Shown one piece after another: positions 50,040 to 61,062 of a stretch of DNA of 64,000 nucleotides. The DNA comes from an uncultured Bacilli bacterium. GTDB lineage: Bacteria > Bacillota_I > Bacilli_A > RF39 > UBA660. The DNA is taken from contig CALVKO010000001.1 of assembly GCA_944332725.1 (NCBI GenBank), forward strand, positions 719 through 64,718, in the 5' to 3' direction. A program made the position numbers and the translations under genes. The notes beneath the pieces were generated by a model. The model did no database searches, was not told where the DNA came from, and saw nothing but the letters and a program-made list of their open reading frames with translations. How positions within the stretch are numbered: the stretch's first letter is position 1; the number at the start of each line of letters is the position of its first letter.

Positions 50040-51089
50040 TCAGAGCGAGACGGCGAAGCCGTAGCTGAGGGCGCCGACGTCATGGACATCCCACGCGAGA
50101 TCAGGAATAGACACAACACTCAAGTTTGCTGGTGTTTTTGTCCAATAACCTTTACCTGCGTTACTATCTCCTGTGGTTTCTAAATTTATTGCTGCCCATT
50201 CTGGCAGTATATACTTTTCTCCTCCTGCTGCTATTATTGCTTCTCGACATTCGCTTCCACTACTACAATTCATTACACTTTCATTTGATTGCAAAAATCC
50301 ATAAAAATCTGTAAAATATTTACTTTCCCAATTCGATGTCTCTCCGCTTGACTCTAATTCTTTGTAATATTCTGTTAACTTCAATATTTCTTCGGCTTCT
50401 GGTAAATATTTCTTTGTTACTTTGTTCCAACTACTTGTTCTTTCATTCATTGCTGCTAGGGCTGTTATTGGGCCAAATTCATATAAATTTTGATTTTTTA
50501 CTTCATCTGAATCACTAGCCCAATTTCCTCCAGCACTGCTATAATCACGTATACTTATCCACGCTACTGTTCCTCCTGGTAAATTTCTATCTAATATTCC
50601 TACTATTTCATCACCATTTACTTCTAATACATAGATATTTTGGGTTTCACTATCACTTACTTGAACTTTTAATAAATCTCCTACTGCATATTTTGCTTCA
50701 GGTTTTTCTAAATCTCCTTCTACCATTGCATTATCTTGTAAACTATATGTATGACCATTACTTTCTACTTTTAGCCAAGTTAATTTATCGCTATATTCAA
50801 TTTCTAATACTTCAGCATTTCCTAAGTTTACCATTGTTGGTACATTTTCTTTTGTCATACTTGATGTACATATTCTAGTATAATTATTATCCAATTGATA
50901 TTTTACATCCTCTGTTGCACAATAGTTATTTATTCCACTATATATCATATTTGCCTCGGATAATCCTGCACTCTTTCTTGCATCTTCTACTACATCTAAT
51001 ATTATAGGTGTGGCAATAAGGGCTACTATTGCCAAAATGATAATAACTGCTAATAACTCAATTAGCGTAAAACCACGTTTTAAATTCAT
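50040..51089 (-). CDS. Type IV pilin / pseudopilin (large, 349 aa) with a canonical prepilin N-terminus.
   Basis: MNLKRGFTLIELLAVIIILAIVALIA prepilin cleavage/methylation motif (G|FTLIE). An AAGGAGG RBS is present. The last ~30 codons are GC-rich. Confidence 0.8.
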   Translation of the reverse strand: MNLKRGFTLIELLAVIIILAIVALIATPIILDVVEDARKSAGLSEANMIYSGINNYCATEDVKYQLDNNYTRICTSSMTKENVPTMVNLGNAEVLEIEYSDKLTWLKVESNGHTYSLQDNAMVEGDLEKPEAKYAVGDLLKVQVSDSETQNIYVLEVNGDEIVGILDRNLPGGTVAWISIRDYSSAGGNWASDSDEVKNQNLYEFGPITALAAMNERTSSWNKVTKKYLPEAEEILKLTEYYKELESSGETSNWESKYFTDFYGFLQSNESVMNCSSGSECREAIIAAGGEKYILPEWAAINLETTGDSNAGKGYWTKTPANLSVVSIPDLAWDVHDVGALSYGFAVSL

Positions 51090-51173
51090 TATAATTCCTC
51101 CTTATATTTAAAACTTACCTTGTTATATATATTGTACCATAATTTTTAAAAAATAAATTTTTTTTTGTAAATT

Positions 51174-51806
51174 TTAAATAGAATCAATACAATTATTTAC
51201 AATCCATTCCTTTAATTTATTCATATTATTTGTTTCATAATAATCGATTAACAAAGTAAAATATTCGCCTATTTTTTCAACTGGAACTGATATAATACCT
51301 TGACCATTTTTTATCATTTCCTTATTTGCAACTAAGTTTGCTACTCTTTTATTACCATCTAAAAACATTTGACTTCTTTGAATCCAACAAAATAAATTTA
51401 TACATCTATCTAATTTATTAGTAATGTTTAATATTTCTTTTAATTCTTGTTCATAATTACATTCACTAGGTAGTTTAGGAAGCCAAGAAGTACCTGTTAT
51501 ACCTACAACTTTTGTTCTAAAATCACCTAAAGGATAAATATTTTGTCCTTTACATATTTCAAAATGAATTTTTTTAATATAATCAATTGTCAAATCTTCA
51601 TCTATGGTATTAAATACATATTCCCAAGCATCTTTTAAGCCCTTTAATTTAAGCATATCATCTATTGAAATTTTCCCTGTATTAACATTATTCATAAATG
51701 AATAGGTATCTGCAAATGTTACTGCTATCCCTTCTAAATTTGCACTTTTATAGATGTTATCTACTAATTTTCTTTTTGCAAAAAATATATTATCTTCTTT
51801 AGTCAT
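51174..51806 (-). CDS. Fido (Fic/Doc-like) domain protein with a non-canonical motif.
   Basis: QMFLDGNKRVANL aligns to the Fic/Doc core FxDGNKR, but the conserved His is replaced by Gln. The gene start overlaps the metG stop by 8 nt. Confidence 0.55.
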   Translation of the reverse strand: MTKEDNIFFAKRKLVDNIYKSANLEGIAVTFADTYSFMNNVNTGKISIDDMLKLKGLKDAWEYVFNTIDEDLTIDYIKKIHFEICKGQNIYPLGDFRTKVVGITGTSWLPKLPSECNYEQELKEILNITNKLDRCINLFCWIQRSQMFLDGNKRVANLVANKEMIKNGQGIISVPVEKIGEYFTLLIDYYETNNMNKLKEWIVNNCIDSI

Positions 51807-53400
51807 TATCTATCCTATTGAATAATAATTCAACATTATTTATTTTCATATCACCATTTAATTTATATTCTTCCCATTTAAATGGTTCTAAGGATAGCAT
51901 TTTTTTTATTTTATCAGCACTACTAGGTATAAATGGATTTAATAAATTAGATAAGTTAGCCATTATATAAACACAAGTATAAGTAGTTTCATTAAATAAA
52001 TTAATATCTTCTTTAACTTGGACCCAAGGTTGTCTTTCATCATAATATTTATTACCTAATGTAGCATATTCAATAACTTTATTTAATGCTTCTTTTAATT
52101 CGCCATCAGTTATCAATTTACCTACTTCATCATAGATAGCCTTAGTTCTAGCCATAATATCTTCATCAATTTCAGATTTTTTAATAATTCCATCAAATTT
52201 TTTATTAATAAATGATAAATTACGATTAATAAAATTACCAATTACACCTACTAAAAATTTATTATGGGCTAAAATTAAATCTTCAGAAGAAAAGTTAACA
52301 TCTTTTTTTTCTGGGCCATTAAATATCATATAAAATCTAACTGTATCTTTACCATACAAACTAACTAATTCATCCATTGTGATTAAATTACCTTTAGATT
52401 TACTCATTTTTTCATCATTCATATTAACATATTCACAAGATATAATTTTTTTAGGTAATTGATATTTTGGATTGATTGCTGATAAAAGTGCAGGATAAAT
52501 AATTGTATGAAAAGTAATATTATCTTTACCATGAACAAAATAAGTTATTAAATCTTTATGATCGGTTACAAATGATTCAAAATCGATATTTCTATCTTTA
52601 CATACTTTCATTGTTGCTGTTAAATAACCTAATACTGCTTCAATCCAAACATAGATTTTTTTATCTTCATAGCCACTAACTGGAACATCTACTCCCCATG
52701 TTAATTGTCTAGTAGTAGCCCTATCAATTAAACCTAAATTAAGGTATTTCATAGTTTCATTATAAGCATTTTTGCGCCAATCATCTTTATGTGATTCAAC
52801 ATATTTAGTTAATATATCTTGAAAACTAGATAATTTAAAATACAAATGTTTATTATTTTTAACTATTGTACTAGTTCCACACATTTTACATTTTTTATCT
52901 TTTAATTCTTTAGGATTAATAGGACTTAAACAATCATCACATTGTTCCCCCATTGCATGACCACCACATATAGGACAAGTACCTATTATTTCTCTATCTG
53001 ATAAATATTCATTACATTTAGGACAAAAATCTTGTTCTTCCTCTTTTTCATAAATATAGCCATTATCTAAAATAATTTTATAAAATTCTTGGACATGTTT
53101 TTTGTGTTCGTTTGTCATAGTAGCAGTATAAAAATCATAAGAAAAATCTAAAGATTTAAAAGAATTAGTAAATTCATTATGGTATTTATTTGCTATATCA
53201 ATTGGATTTATTCCTTCTTTTTTAGCCCTTACTGTAATTGGCGTACCATGACAATCAGTTCCTGATACATAAATTACATTATTACCACAACCTCTATGAT
53301 AACGAGCAATTATGTCACCAGGAAGTAATGCTGCTAAATGACCGATGTGTAATGAATTATTAGCGTATGGCCAAGCTCCACCTATTAATATATCTTTCAT
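51799..53400 (-). CDS. metG: Methionyl-tRNA synthetase (short form without the C-terminal tRNA-binding domain).
   Basis: Class I HIGH (LHIGHLA) and KMSKS motifs. Zinc knuckle CPKC...CPICG. Confidence 0.95.
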   Translation of the reverse strand: MKDILIGGAWPYANNSLHIGHLAALLPGDIIARYHRGCGNNVIYVSGTDCHGTPITVRAKKEGINPIDIANKYHNEFTNSFKSLDFSYDFYTATMTNEHKKHVQEFYKIILDNGYIYEKEEEQDFCPKCNEYLSDREIIGTCPICGGHAMGEQCDDCLSPINPKELKDKKCKMCGTSTIVKNNKHLYFKLSSFQDILTKYVESHKDDWRKNAYNETMKYLNLGLIDRATTRQLTWGVDVPVSGYEDKKIYVWIEAVLGYLTATMKVCKDRNIDFESFVTDHKDLITYFVHGKDNITFHTIIYPALLSAINPKYQLPKKIISCEYVNMNDEKMSKSKGNLITMDELVSLYGKDTVRFYMIFNGPEKKDVNFSSEDLILAHNKFLVGVIGNFINRNLSFINKKFDGIIKKSEIDEDIMARTKAIYDEVGKLITDGELKEALNKVIEYATLGNKYYDERQPWVQVKEDINLFNETTYTCVYIMANLSNLLNPFIPSSADKIKKMLSLEPFKWEEYKLNGDMKINNVELLFNRIDND

Positions 53401-53468
53401 ATTTCATCTCCTTTTTACTTATAACTCCAAAAAAGTCAATAAATTATTGATTAATTTGGAGTTATAGT

Positions 53469-55838
53469 TTATTTTATTACAATATTAACTAATTTTTTAG
53501 GTACTGTTATTACTTTAATTATCTCTTTATTTTCAATATATTTTTGAACATTTTCTAATTCTTTAGCTAACTTTTCCATTTCTTCTTTAGAAGTTTCCAT
53601 ACTAACAACTATTTTTCCTCTTACTTTACCATTTACTTGGACAACCATTTCAAATTCTTCTTCTTTAGTTTTTTCTTCATCATAAGTTGGCCATAATTCA
53701 TAAGCAATAGTTTTATCGTGACCTAACATTTGCCAAATTTCTTCGGTCATAAATGGTGCAATAGGATTTAATAATTTAACAAAATTAATTGCATATTCTA
53801 AAGGAAAAACATCTTCTTTATAAACTGCATTTATAAATATCATCATTTGTGATATAGCAGTATTAAAGTTTAAAGTTTCATAATCTAAAGTTACTTTTTT
53901 AACTGTTTGATGATATATTTTTTCTAGATTTTTATTTTCTACATCACTAACTTTTTCTTCATATAATCTATATACTCTATCTAAAAATCTTCTTGCCCCT
54001 TCAACACCTTTTTTACTCCAAGGTTTATCTGCTTCTAAAGGTCCCATAAACATTTCATATAATCTTAATGTATCTGCCCCATATTCACTAACAACATCAT
54101 TAGGATTAATAGCATATTCGGGATATCTTTTACCCATTTTTATACCATTTTCACCTAAAATCATACCTTGATGAACTAACTTTTTAAATGGCTCTTTAAC
54201 ACTTACAATTCCTTTATCATATAAATAATTATTCCACATCCTAGAATATAATAAATGCCCTACAGCGTGTTCTGGGCCACCAATATATAAATCAACTGGC
54301 ATCCAGTGTTCAATTAATTTTTTATCGGCTAATTCTTTATCATTATGTAGATCAATATATCTTAAGAAATACCAACTAGAACCAGCTGAACCAGGCATAG
54401 TTGAAGTTTCTCTTTTTCCTTTTATTCCATTAACAGTAACATTTACCCAATCAGTTGCTTTATCAAGTGGTGATGCTCCAGTTTTAGAAGGACTATAATC
54501 TTCTAATTCTGGTAAAACTAAAGGTAAATTTTCATCTAATATATCCTTACCATTTTCCAAATGAATAATTGGAATTGGTTCTCCCCAATATCTTTGACGA
54601 GCAAAAATCCACTCTCTTAAACGATAATTAATATGTTTACTACCTAATTTATTTTTTTCTAACCATTCAATCATTTTATTAATGGCATCTTCTTTGTTTA
54701 ATCCGTTTAAAAATTCTGAATTAATATGTAATCCATCACCAGTATAGGCTTCACAAGATATATCGCCACCTTCAATTACTGGAATAATATCAATATTAAA
54801 CTTTTTAGCAAATTCATAATCTCTTTCATCATGAGCAGGAACAGCCATAATAGCGCCTGTGCCATAGCTTGCTAAAACATAATCAGAAATCCAAATAGGA
54901 ATTTTTTTATTGTTAACTGGATTAATAGCGTAAGCACCTGTAAACACACCAGTTTTTTCTTTATTTAATTCTGTTCTTTCTAAATCAGATTTAGAAGCAC
55001 ATATTTTTTTATATTCTTCTACTTCTTTTTTATTAGTAGATATCTTATCTACTAATTCATGTTCTGGAGCAAGTACACAATAAGTAGCCCCAAATAAAGT
55101 ATCACATCTTGTTGTAAATACGGTAAATTCATAATCATCAACTTTAAATTTAACGTGAGCTCCAATTGATTTACCAATCCAATTTCTTTGCATTTCCTTA
55201 GTTGATTCTGGCCAATCTACTTCATTTAATCCGTCTAATAATTTTTCTGCATATTTAGGAATATCGATAACCCATTGTTTCATATTTTTTCTAATTACTG
55301 GGTATCCTCCTCTTTCACTTTTACCATCAATAACTTCATCGTTAGCCAAAACTGTTCCTAATTCTGGACACCAATTAACAGGCATATCAATTTGTTTAGC
55401 AAGTCCATCTTCATATAACCTACTAAATATCCATTGTGTCCATTTATAATAATTAGGATCACTAGTTGAAATACATAAATCCCAGTCAAAAGAAAAACCT
55501 ATTCTTTTTAATTGTTCTTTAAATGTTTCAATATTTTTATTTGTGAAAATAGCAGGATGATTACCTGTTTGGATTGCATATTGTTCCGCTGGTAATCCAA
55601 AAGAATCAAATCCCATTGGATGTAATACATTATATCCTTGCATTCGTTTCATACGACAAACAATATCAGTTGCTGTATAACCTTCTGGATGGCCTGCATG
55701 TAATCCAACTCCAGATGGATACGGAAACATATCTAAAGCATAAAATTTTGGCTTGCTAAAATCCCAAACATCAGTTTTAAAAGTATTATTATCTTCCCAA
55801 TACTTACGCCATTTTCTTTCAATATAATCTGTATTCAT
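53469..55838 (-). CDS. leuS: Leucyl-tRNA synthetase.
   Basis: HAGHPEGY (HIGH-type) and KMGKR (KMSKS-type) motifs. 789 aa. Confidence 0.95.
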   Translation of the reverse strand: MNTDYIERKWRKYWEDNNTFKTDVWDFSKPKFYALDMFPYPSGVGLHAGHPEGYTATDIVCRMKRMQGYNVLHPMGFDSFGLPAEQYAIQTGNHPAIFTNKNIETFKEQLKRIGFSFDWDLCISTSDPNYYKWTQWIFSRLYEDGLAKQIDMPVNWCPELGTVLANDEVIDGKSERGGYPVIRKNMKQWVIDIPKYAEKLLDGLNEVDWPESTKEMQRNWIGKSIGAHVKFKVDDYEFTVFTTRCDTLFGATYCVLAPEHELVDKISTNKKEVEEYKKICASKSDLERTELNKEKTGVFTGAYAINPVNNKKIPIWISDYVLASYGTGAIMAVPAHDERDYEFAKKFNIDIIPVIEGGDISCEAYTGDGLHINSEFLNGLNKEDAINKMIEWLEKNKLGSKHINYRLREWIFARQRYWGEPIPIIHLENGKDILDENLPLVLPELEDYSPSKTGASPLDKATDWVNVTVNGIKGKRETSTMPGSAGSSWYFLRYIDLHNDKELADKKLIEHWMPVDLYIGGPEHAVGHLLYSRMWNNYLYDKGIVSVKEPFKKLVHQGMILGENGIKMGKRYPEYAINPNDVVSEYGADTLRLYEMFMGPLEADKPWSKKGVEGARRFLDRVYRLYEEKVSDVENKNLEKIYHQTVKKVTLDYETLNFNTAISQMMIFINAVYKEDVFPLEYAINFVKLLNPIAPFMTEEIWQMLGHDKTIAYELWPTYDEEKTKEEEFEMVVQVNGKVRGKIVVSMETSKEEMEKLAKELENVQKYIENKEIIKVITVPKKLVNIVIK

Positions 55839-56173
55839 TATTTACACTCCTTTTTTAAATAATTACCTATTAAACCATAAAATATAAAAATTAGAGGTAT
55901 TAAAACAATTAATCCAATTAATAATTGCAATATTAAATTTTCAACTAAAAATGTTGTTGTAAAAGCAATACTTATAATCAAAGAATTAGTTAATCCTAAA
56001 ATATTTGTAAATTTTTTCATATTTATTTTATTTATATTTATTTTATATCTATTAACAAAATACATAACTTGATTACTTTTTTTAAATTTATCATACCTTT
56101 TTGTTTGTAATATTACAGTAAACAAATAAAATAAATAAACAATTACAAACGATATTATAAAACCTAATAACAT
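55838..56173 (-). CDS. Hypothetical small membrane protein (111 aa).
   Basis: Three TM segments. Its stop overlaps the leuS start. Confidence 0.5.
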   Translation of the reverse strand: MLLGFIISFVIVYLFYLFTVILQTKRYDKFKKSNQVMYFVNRYKININKINMKKFTNILGLTNSLIISIAFTTTFLVENLILQLLIGLIVLIPLIFIFYGLIGNYLKKECK

Positions 56174-56241
56174 AAAATACCTCCAAACTATTTAATATTA
56201 TATTATAAAATAAGATTAATTACAAGAACAAAATAAAAAGT

Positions 56242-57114
56242 TTAATTTCTTAAACTTTCAATTTCTTCTTTAGATAAGCCAGTAACTTTACCTATCGTTT
56301 CTAAATCCATTTTTAATTCTAACATTTTCTTTGCATTAGCTATTTTATTTTGTTCGATACCTTGTGCAATTCCTTCTTGTTTGCCTTGTGCAATTCCTTC
56401 AGATAAGCCTTGTTGCTTGCCTTGGTTAAGTCCTTTTTCATACATTACTTCTTCGTATTGTTTTTGTTCTTCTTCACGACTTATCCAATCTACTACAAAC
56501 TCATCATTATTTGCTTTTATTACTTCTTCTTTAAAATTATTCACTATCTCACTCTTTTCCGATAATTCTTCTAATTCTTGTTTACCCATATCTAGCATTA
56601 TTAAAGCTTCTTCACCTTGAGTAAACTTCTTATCATTATTATAATAGTTTTTTATATATTTGTCTATACCTACATTATATATTTTGATATAATCCGTTAA
56701 TTCTATTTTATTTATCTTATCATATAATGTGTAGATACTTCTTGTATATTTACTATTATAAAAATTTAAATTTACTTGAATTATCGAATAACCTATTTTA
56801 TATTTATTTCCTCTTTCTGTATTTTCACTAGCTATTTTAAAAATATAGTGTAGATTTCTTATCTTTACTTCTTCACTATAATTAGTATTTAATTCCACAT
56901 TAATTATTTCATCTTTAGTTTTAACTAATAAATCTAATCTTTGACCACGTAATCTAAAATAATCTTGAATTAAATTTGGATTTAATATTTCTAGTTCAAT
57001 TATTTCTTTTTCTAAAATAGGCCCTAAAATAGCTTTTAAGAATTCTTTTTTAACTGCGGCATACATAAAAACGGGTTCATGTTTAGCAGTATAAAACTTT
57101 TTTATTTTTATCAC
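56242..57114 (-). CDS. Rpn-family recombination-promoting nuclease / putative transposase (PD-(D/E)xK).
   Basis: N-terminal region with LDLLVKTKDEIINVEL...IGYSIIQVNL matches the Rpn/YhgA-like pattern. The C-terminus carries repeated (Q/E)G(I/L)(A/S)QGK units. Confidence 0.7.
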   Translation of the reverse strand: MIKIKKFYTAKHEPVFMYAAVKKEFLKAILGPILEKEIIELEILNPNLIQDYFRLRGQRLDLLVKTKDEIINVELNTNYSEEVKIRNLHYIFKIASENTERGNKYKIGYSIIQVNLNFYNSKYTRSIYTLYDKINKIELTDYIKIYNVGIDKYIKNYYNNDKKFTQGEEALIMLDMGKQELEELSEKSEIVNNFKEEVIKANNDEFVVDWISREEEQKQYEEVMYEKGLNQGKQQGLSEGIAQGKQEGIAQGIEQNKIANAKKMLELKMDLETIGKVTGLSKEEIESLRN

Positions 57115-57182
57115 CTCCTATTAGTTATATTAGCCAAAAGTTGGTGATTTCCTTTTTATTTTATAAATTTTAAAAAAATACA

Positions 57183-59570
57183 TTAGACTGTACTAATGTA
57201 TTCTAATAATCTTAAGAATAATTTAATAAATTTCTTTTCTAATTTATATCTTCCTAATTTTCTTATAGCAATTCTTTTTTTCTTAATTGGTAAATCACTA
57301 AATATAATTGAGTCTATCTTTTCTTTCATCAATGTTTCAATTTGTAAATCATCTAATATACCAGCAATATCATCGTTGATTAATCTAGTTGGGTCAAATT
57401 CAATATCTTTACCTTTACAGTTTACTGTTAATTGGCTAATTGATTTTACATTATTAATTTCTACTACAAAGTCAGGACCTGATACATATGATTTACAATC
57501 AATTTGTTCTCTATTTTCATAAACAATAACATCAGTTGCTTTTTTAGCATTTCTAAATATTAATTTATAATTACGATATTCAGGAACGATACCACTTTTA
57601 CCTTCTAACGCTCTAATTATAACAGTATAATTACTTGGCATATAATTATATTCTATTTTAGTTAATAAGTAAAATCCTTTTTGATATAAACTTGATATAC
57701 CATCATCTTCATATAATAAATATTCATTACTTATACCAGGGAAAAAATGTATTTCCATATTTTTAGGAGGCGTTGTATCGTTTAAATTATCATTTGATCC
57801 TAATGGAATAATACTACCTGCTTTAGCAAATACAGGATAATTTTGATCTTTATAAAATGTAACATAATTATTATTACCCGGATATTTTTGGCCAGTAAAG
57901 AAATCATACCAAATACCTTCAGGCATATAAAATCTATGTACCACTCGATTCATAACATAATCTTTTCTTTTAGTAATAGGACAGACAAACAATTGACTAC
58001 CAAAATAGTATTCATCACTATATAATAAATCATCGTACATTTCTTTAGCAACATAATAAATTGGTTTAATTAAAGGAACGCCATCTTTAGAATATTTATA
58101 TGCTTCACTATATAAATAAGGTAATAACTTATGTCTTAATTGTAAATAATCTCTTACAATTCCTAATGTTTTAACACTCCAACGCCAAGGCTCCCTTTTA
58201 TAATATTTACCACAATCAGCACCGAATTTAAATATTGGAGAAAACACCCCTAGTTGAACATATCGAGTATATAATTCATTATCCTCAATTCCTTTAAAAT
58301 ATCCTCCAATATCATGACTAAAGAAACTAACACCTATATTAGTAGCAGCACTATTAAATTTAGGAATTTGCCTTAAAGATTCCCAACTTACTTTTGTTTT
58401 ACCTGAATATAAAACTGGATAACGATGTTGCGCCAATTGAGAACTATATGATAACATCATTGGTCTTCTTTTATAATTTCTATTCATATCATAAAATTGA
58501 TAATGTTTAAGTAAAAAGTCTTTAAGAATATTTTTTTTATCGTAATGATCTAACCAATAAAAATCAACACCTAAAGCATCTAATGGATGAATATATAGTT
58601 TTAAATAAACATCGATCCATTTAGGATCCAGAACATTATATGGTATCACACCATTTTCATCGACAGCTAAATATTTTTTTGCTTGTTCAAAATATTCATC
58701 AATATCATAAAATCCTTCAGTTGGATTAATATTTAACCCTACTCTAATACCTTGATTATGTAAATAAGATATCATTTCATATGGTGCTTTAAATAAGTCT
58801 TTATTAAATGTAAATCCTGTTTTTAAATGTTCCTTATCTTTATATGTTCTTATGTGCCAATCCTTATCTAACAAAATAACAGAAATAGGAATTTGGTATT
58901 TGTTAAAATCGTCAACTAATTCTTTTAAAGAAGAATCATTATATTCATTATTTCTACTCCACCAATTTCCTAAAGCAAATCTTGGTATTAAAGAAGGAAA
59001 ACCAGTTAAAGTAAAATAATCTTTTAAACACAAATCAAAATCATTCAAATAAACAAATAAATATATATCTATACCATCGTTATTATTATCTTTTATTGTA
59101 CCATCTTCACTAACTATTTTACTTTTAGAATCGTCGATTGAAACAAATCCATCTAATGAATATAAACTTTTAATATTTTCAATTTTACCTTTTTCAATTA
59201 AAACAGGTGTTTCATAGTTTTTAGCCTCGACATGTTTATAATACCAAACTTTATCCGTATTTAAAATTTCAACTTTAAAGTTATTATTATTTGTTATTTT
59301 TTTTTCTTTCTCGTAATATATTCTAAAATAAGGAGTTATAATTTCTAAATAATTCTTGTCTTGTTTAACTTGAAAATCCACTTTTGGAAAATTTCTATTT
59401 TTTACTAATAAAGTCGGCTCATCAGAAAATGTACCACTTTCACTATATTGAATTCTTATTAATCTATCCGATAAAACTGTAAATCGATATTTATTACCCT
59501 GTAATATACTAGCAGGATTAGGTTTGATTTTTTCATAATCAATTTTAAAGTGCTCACCTAAATCATACAT
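57183..59570 (-). CDS. Glycoside hydrolase family 31 (YicI-like alpha-xylosidase/alpha-glucosidase).
   Basis: GVDFYWLDHYD (nucleophile region) and FFSHDIGGY (acid/base region WSHDIGGF of YicI-like GH31). Confidence 0.7.
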   Translation of the reverse strand: MYDLGEHFKIDYEKIKPNPASILQGNKYRFTVLSDRLIRIQYSESGTFSDEPTLLVKNRNFPKVDFQVKQDKNYLEIITPYFRIYYEKEKKITNNNNFKVEILNTDKVWYYKHVEAKNYETPVLIEKGKIENIKSLYSLDGFVSIDDSKSKIVSEDGTIKDNNNDGIDIYLFVYLNDFDLCLKDYFTLTGFPSLIPRFALGNWWSRNNEYNDSSLKELVDDFNKYQIPISVILLDKDWHIRTYKDKEHLKTGFTFNKDLFKAPYEMISYLHNQGIRVGLNINPTEGFYDIDEYFEQAKKYLAVDENGVIPYNVLDPKWIDVYLKLYIHPLDALGVDFYWLDHYDKKNILKDFLLKHYQFYDMNRNYKRRPMMLSYSSQLAQHRYPVLYSGKTKVSWESLRQIPKFNSAATNIGVSFFSHDIGGYFKGIEDNELYTRYVQLGVFSPIFKFGADCGKYYKREPWRWSVKTLGIVRDYLQLRHKLLPYLYSEAYKYSKDGVPLIKPIYYVAKEMYDDLLYSDEYYFGSQLFVCPITKRKDYVMNRVVHRFYMPEGIWYDFFTGQKYPGNNNYVTFYKDQNYPVFAKAGSIIPLGSNDNLNDTTPPKNMEIHFFPGISNEYLLYEDDGISSLYQKGFYLLTKIEYNYMPSNYTVIIRALEGKSGIVPEYRNYKLIFRNAKKATDVIVYENREQIDCKSYVSGPDFVVEINNVKSISQLTVNCKGKDIEFDPTRLINDDIAGILDDLQIETLMKEKIDSIIFSDLPIKKKRIAIRKLGRYKLEKKFIKLFLRLLEYISTV

Positions 59571-59582
59571 ATATACCCCTCC

Positions 59583-60995
59583 TTATATTTCTTCTATCTT
59601 CATAAAATTAGTATATTTTATTTTTTTAAATGGATAGCCACCAGTAATAATAATATTATCTTTTTCTTTCAATTGTAAAACATCTTTAGCAAGTTTTTTA
59701 CTTTTTTCAATGATTGAATCTAAATTTTGTAAATCATCAATTAATATTGGATATACCCCAAAATTCAATGCTAAAGATTTAGTTGTTAACTCATTAGGAC
59801 TTGGTGCGATAATAGGACAAATTGGTCTAAATCTACTTATTTTTTTAGCAGTATAACCACTCATAGTTGGAGTAAATATTGCTTTGCAATTAAGTCTTAA
59901 AGCGCACCCTGCTACACTATATGCCAAAGATCCTGTTGCATCTCTTTTTTCAGTTTTAATCGCTTTTTCTAGCATATATTCATAGTCAATATCTTGCTCG
60001 ACAGTATTTAATATATTTTCTAATAATTTAACTGTTTCTACCGGATTTTTACCAATTGTTGTTTCATCAGATAACATAATACAGTCAGTTCCATCTAAAA
60101 CAGCGTTAGCCACATCTGACACTTCTGCTCTAGTTGGATAATCAAAACTATTTACACTCGATAATAAATCAGTAGCAATTACACTAATAATACCGCTAGC
60201 GTGACATTTAGAAATAATTCTTTTTTGAATTCCTGGAATTTTTTCTAATGGAACTTCTATTCCTAAATCTTTTCTATCAATAATAATTCCATCACTTACT
60301 TTAATAATATTATCAATATCATCAATAGCAAAATCATTTTCTATTTTAGAAATAATCTGTAAATGTTCGTTACCTATATTAATTAACAAATCATTTACTT
60401 CTAAGACATCTTCAGAACTAGAGATAAAAGATAAGGCTAAAAAATCAACATCATTATCACTAGCAAATTTAATAATTTCTTTATCTTGTAAAGACAAATA
60501 ATTTCTATTTAATTTTACATTTGGCAAACGTAACGAGAAATTATCTTTAATCTCACCTGGTTTAATAACTTTACATAATAAGCAATCATCATATTTTTCT
60601 AGTATTTTTAATTCAATATTACCGTCTATAACTAATTTTGAATTTAAAGGGATATCCTCTATTAAATTTTTATAATCGACACTAAATTTAGTACAATCAC
60701 CTAAAACAGCATCACGATAAATTCTTATTTTATCATCTTTTTTTAAATATGCTTTCCCATTTAAAATACGATTTATTTTAATCGTTGGACCTTTTATATC
60801 TAATATAATAGCAGCATGTGATTTTAATTCAATATTTAATTCATTTATTATTTTTATAATTCCACGACAAAAAGTTGGTGTTGAATAACTCATATTTATT
60901 CTAAAGGCGTCGACACCATTTTCAATTATTTGTTTTAATATATTTTTATCAGCAGTAGCCGGACCTACTGTAGCAATAATCTTAGTTTTATTCAT
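59583..60995 (-). CDS. Pyruvate kinase paralog with substitutions in conserved catalytic motifs.
   Basis: PK fold throughout, but RINMSYSTP replaces NFSHG, DIKGPTIK replaces DTKGPEIR, DRKDLGIE replaces ARGDLGVE, and ATDLLSSV replaces ATQMLESM. Confidence 0.75.
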   Translation of the reverse strand: MNKTKIIATVGPATADKNILKQIIENGVDAFRINMSYSTPTFCRGIIKIINELNIELKSHAAIILDIKGPTIKINRILNGKAYLKKDDKIRIYRDAVLGDCTKFSVDYKNLIEDIPLNSKLVIDGNIELKILEKYDDCLLCKVIKPGEIKDNFSLRLPNVKLNRNYLSLQDKEIIKFASDNDVDFLALSFISSSEDVLEVNDLLINIGNEHLQIISKIENDFAIDDIDNIIKVSDGIIIDRKDLGIEVPLEKIPGIQKRIISKCHASGIISVIATDLLSSVNSFDYPTRAEVSDVANAVLDGTDCIMLSDETTIGKNPVETVKLLENILNTVEQDIDYEYMLEKAIKTEKRDATGSLAYSVAGCALRLNCKAIFTPTMSGYTAKKISRFRPICPIIAPSPNELTTKSLALNFGVYPILIDDLQNLDSIIEKSKKLAKDVLQLKEKDNIIITGGYPFKKIKYTNFMKIEEI

Positions 60996-61062
60996 TTTAT
61001 CCCTTCTATTCTTAATAATAATTATAAATTAAATATTAATTTTAGTCAAGAAAAAAAGGAAC

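Noticed and set aside
49850-50040. Possible SRP RNA, RNase P RNA, tmRNA or 6S RNA explaining the GC-rich block after the pilin gene.
   Set aside because: None of the diagnostic motifs were found on either strand: SRP domain IV GGUGCUGUUUACCAGG...GGAAGCAGCC, RNase P P4/GGAAAGUCC, or the tmRNA tag ORF and tRNA-like 3' end. It is kept as a composition finding only.
49934-50878. Short ORFs 49934-50119 (-), 50126-50314, 50336-50518 and 50693-50878 (+) around the pilin gene.
   Set aside because: They overlap the well-supported prepilin gene (canonical GFTLIE N-terminus) or fall in the GC-rich flank, where open frames arise by chance.
53401-56241. T-box leaders upstream of metG or the leuS operon.
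   Set aside because: The leuS-metG intergenic region holds only a 12-bp inverted repeat and an RBS. The region upstream of the 111-aa gene is short and lacks specifier-loop and antiterminator features.
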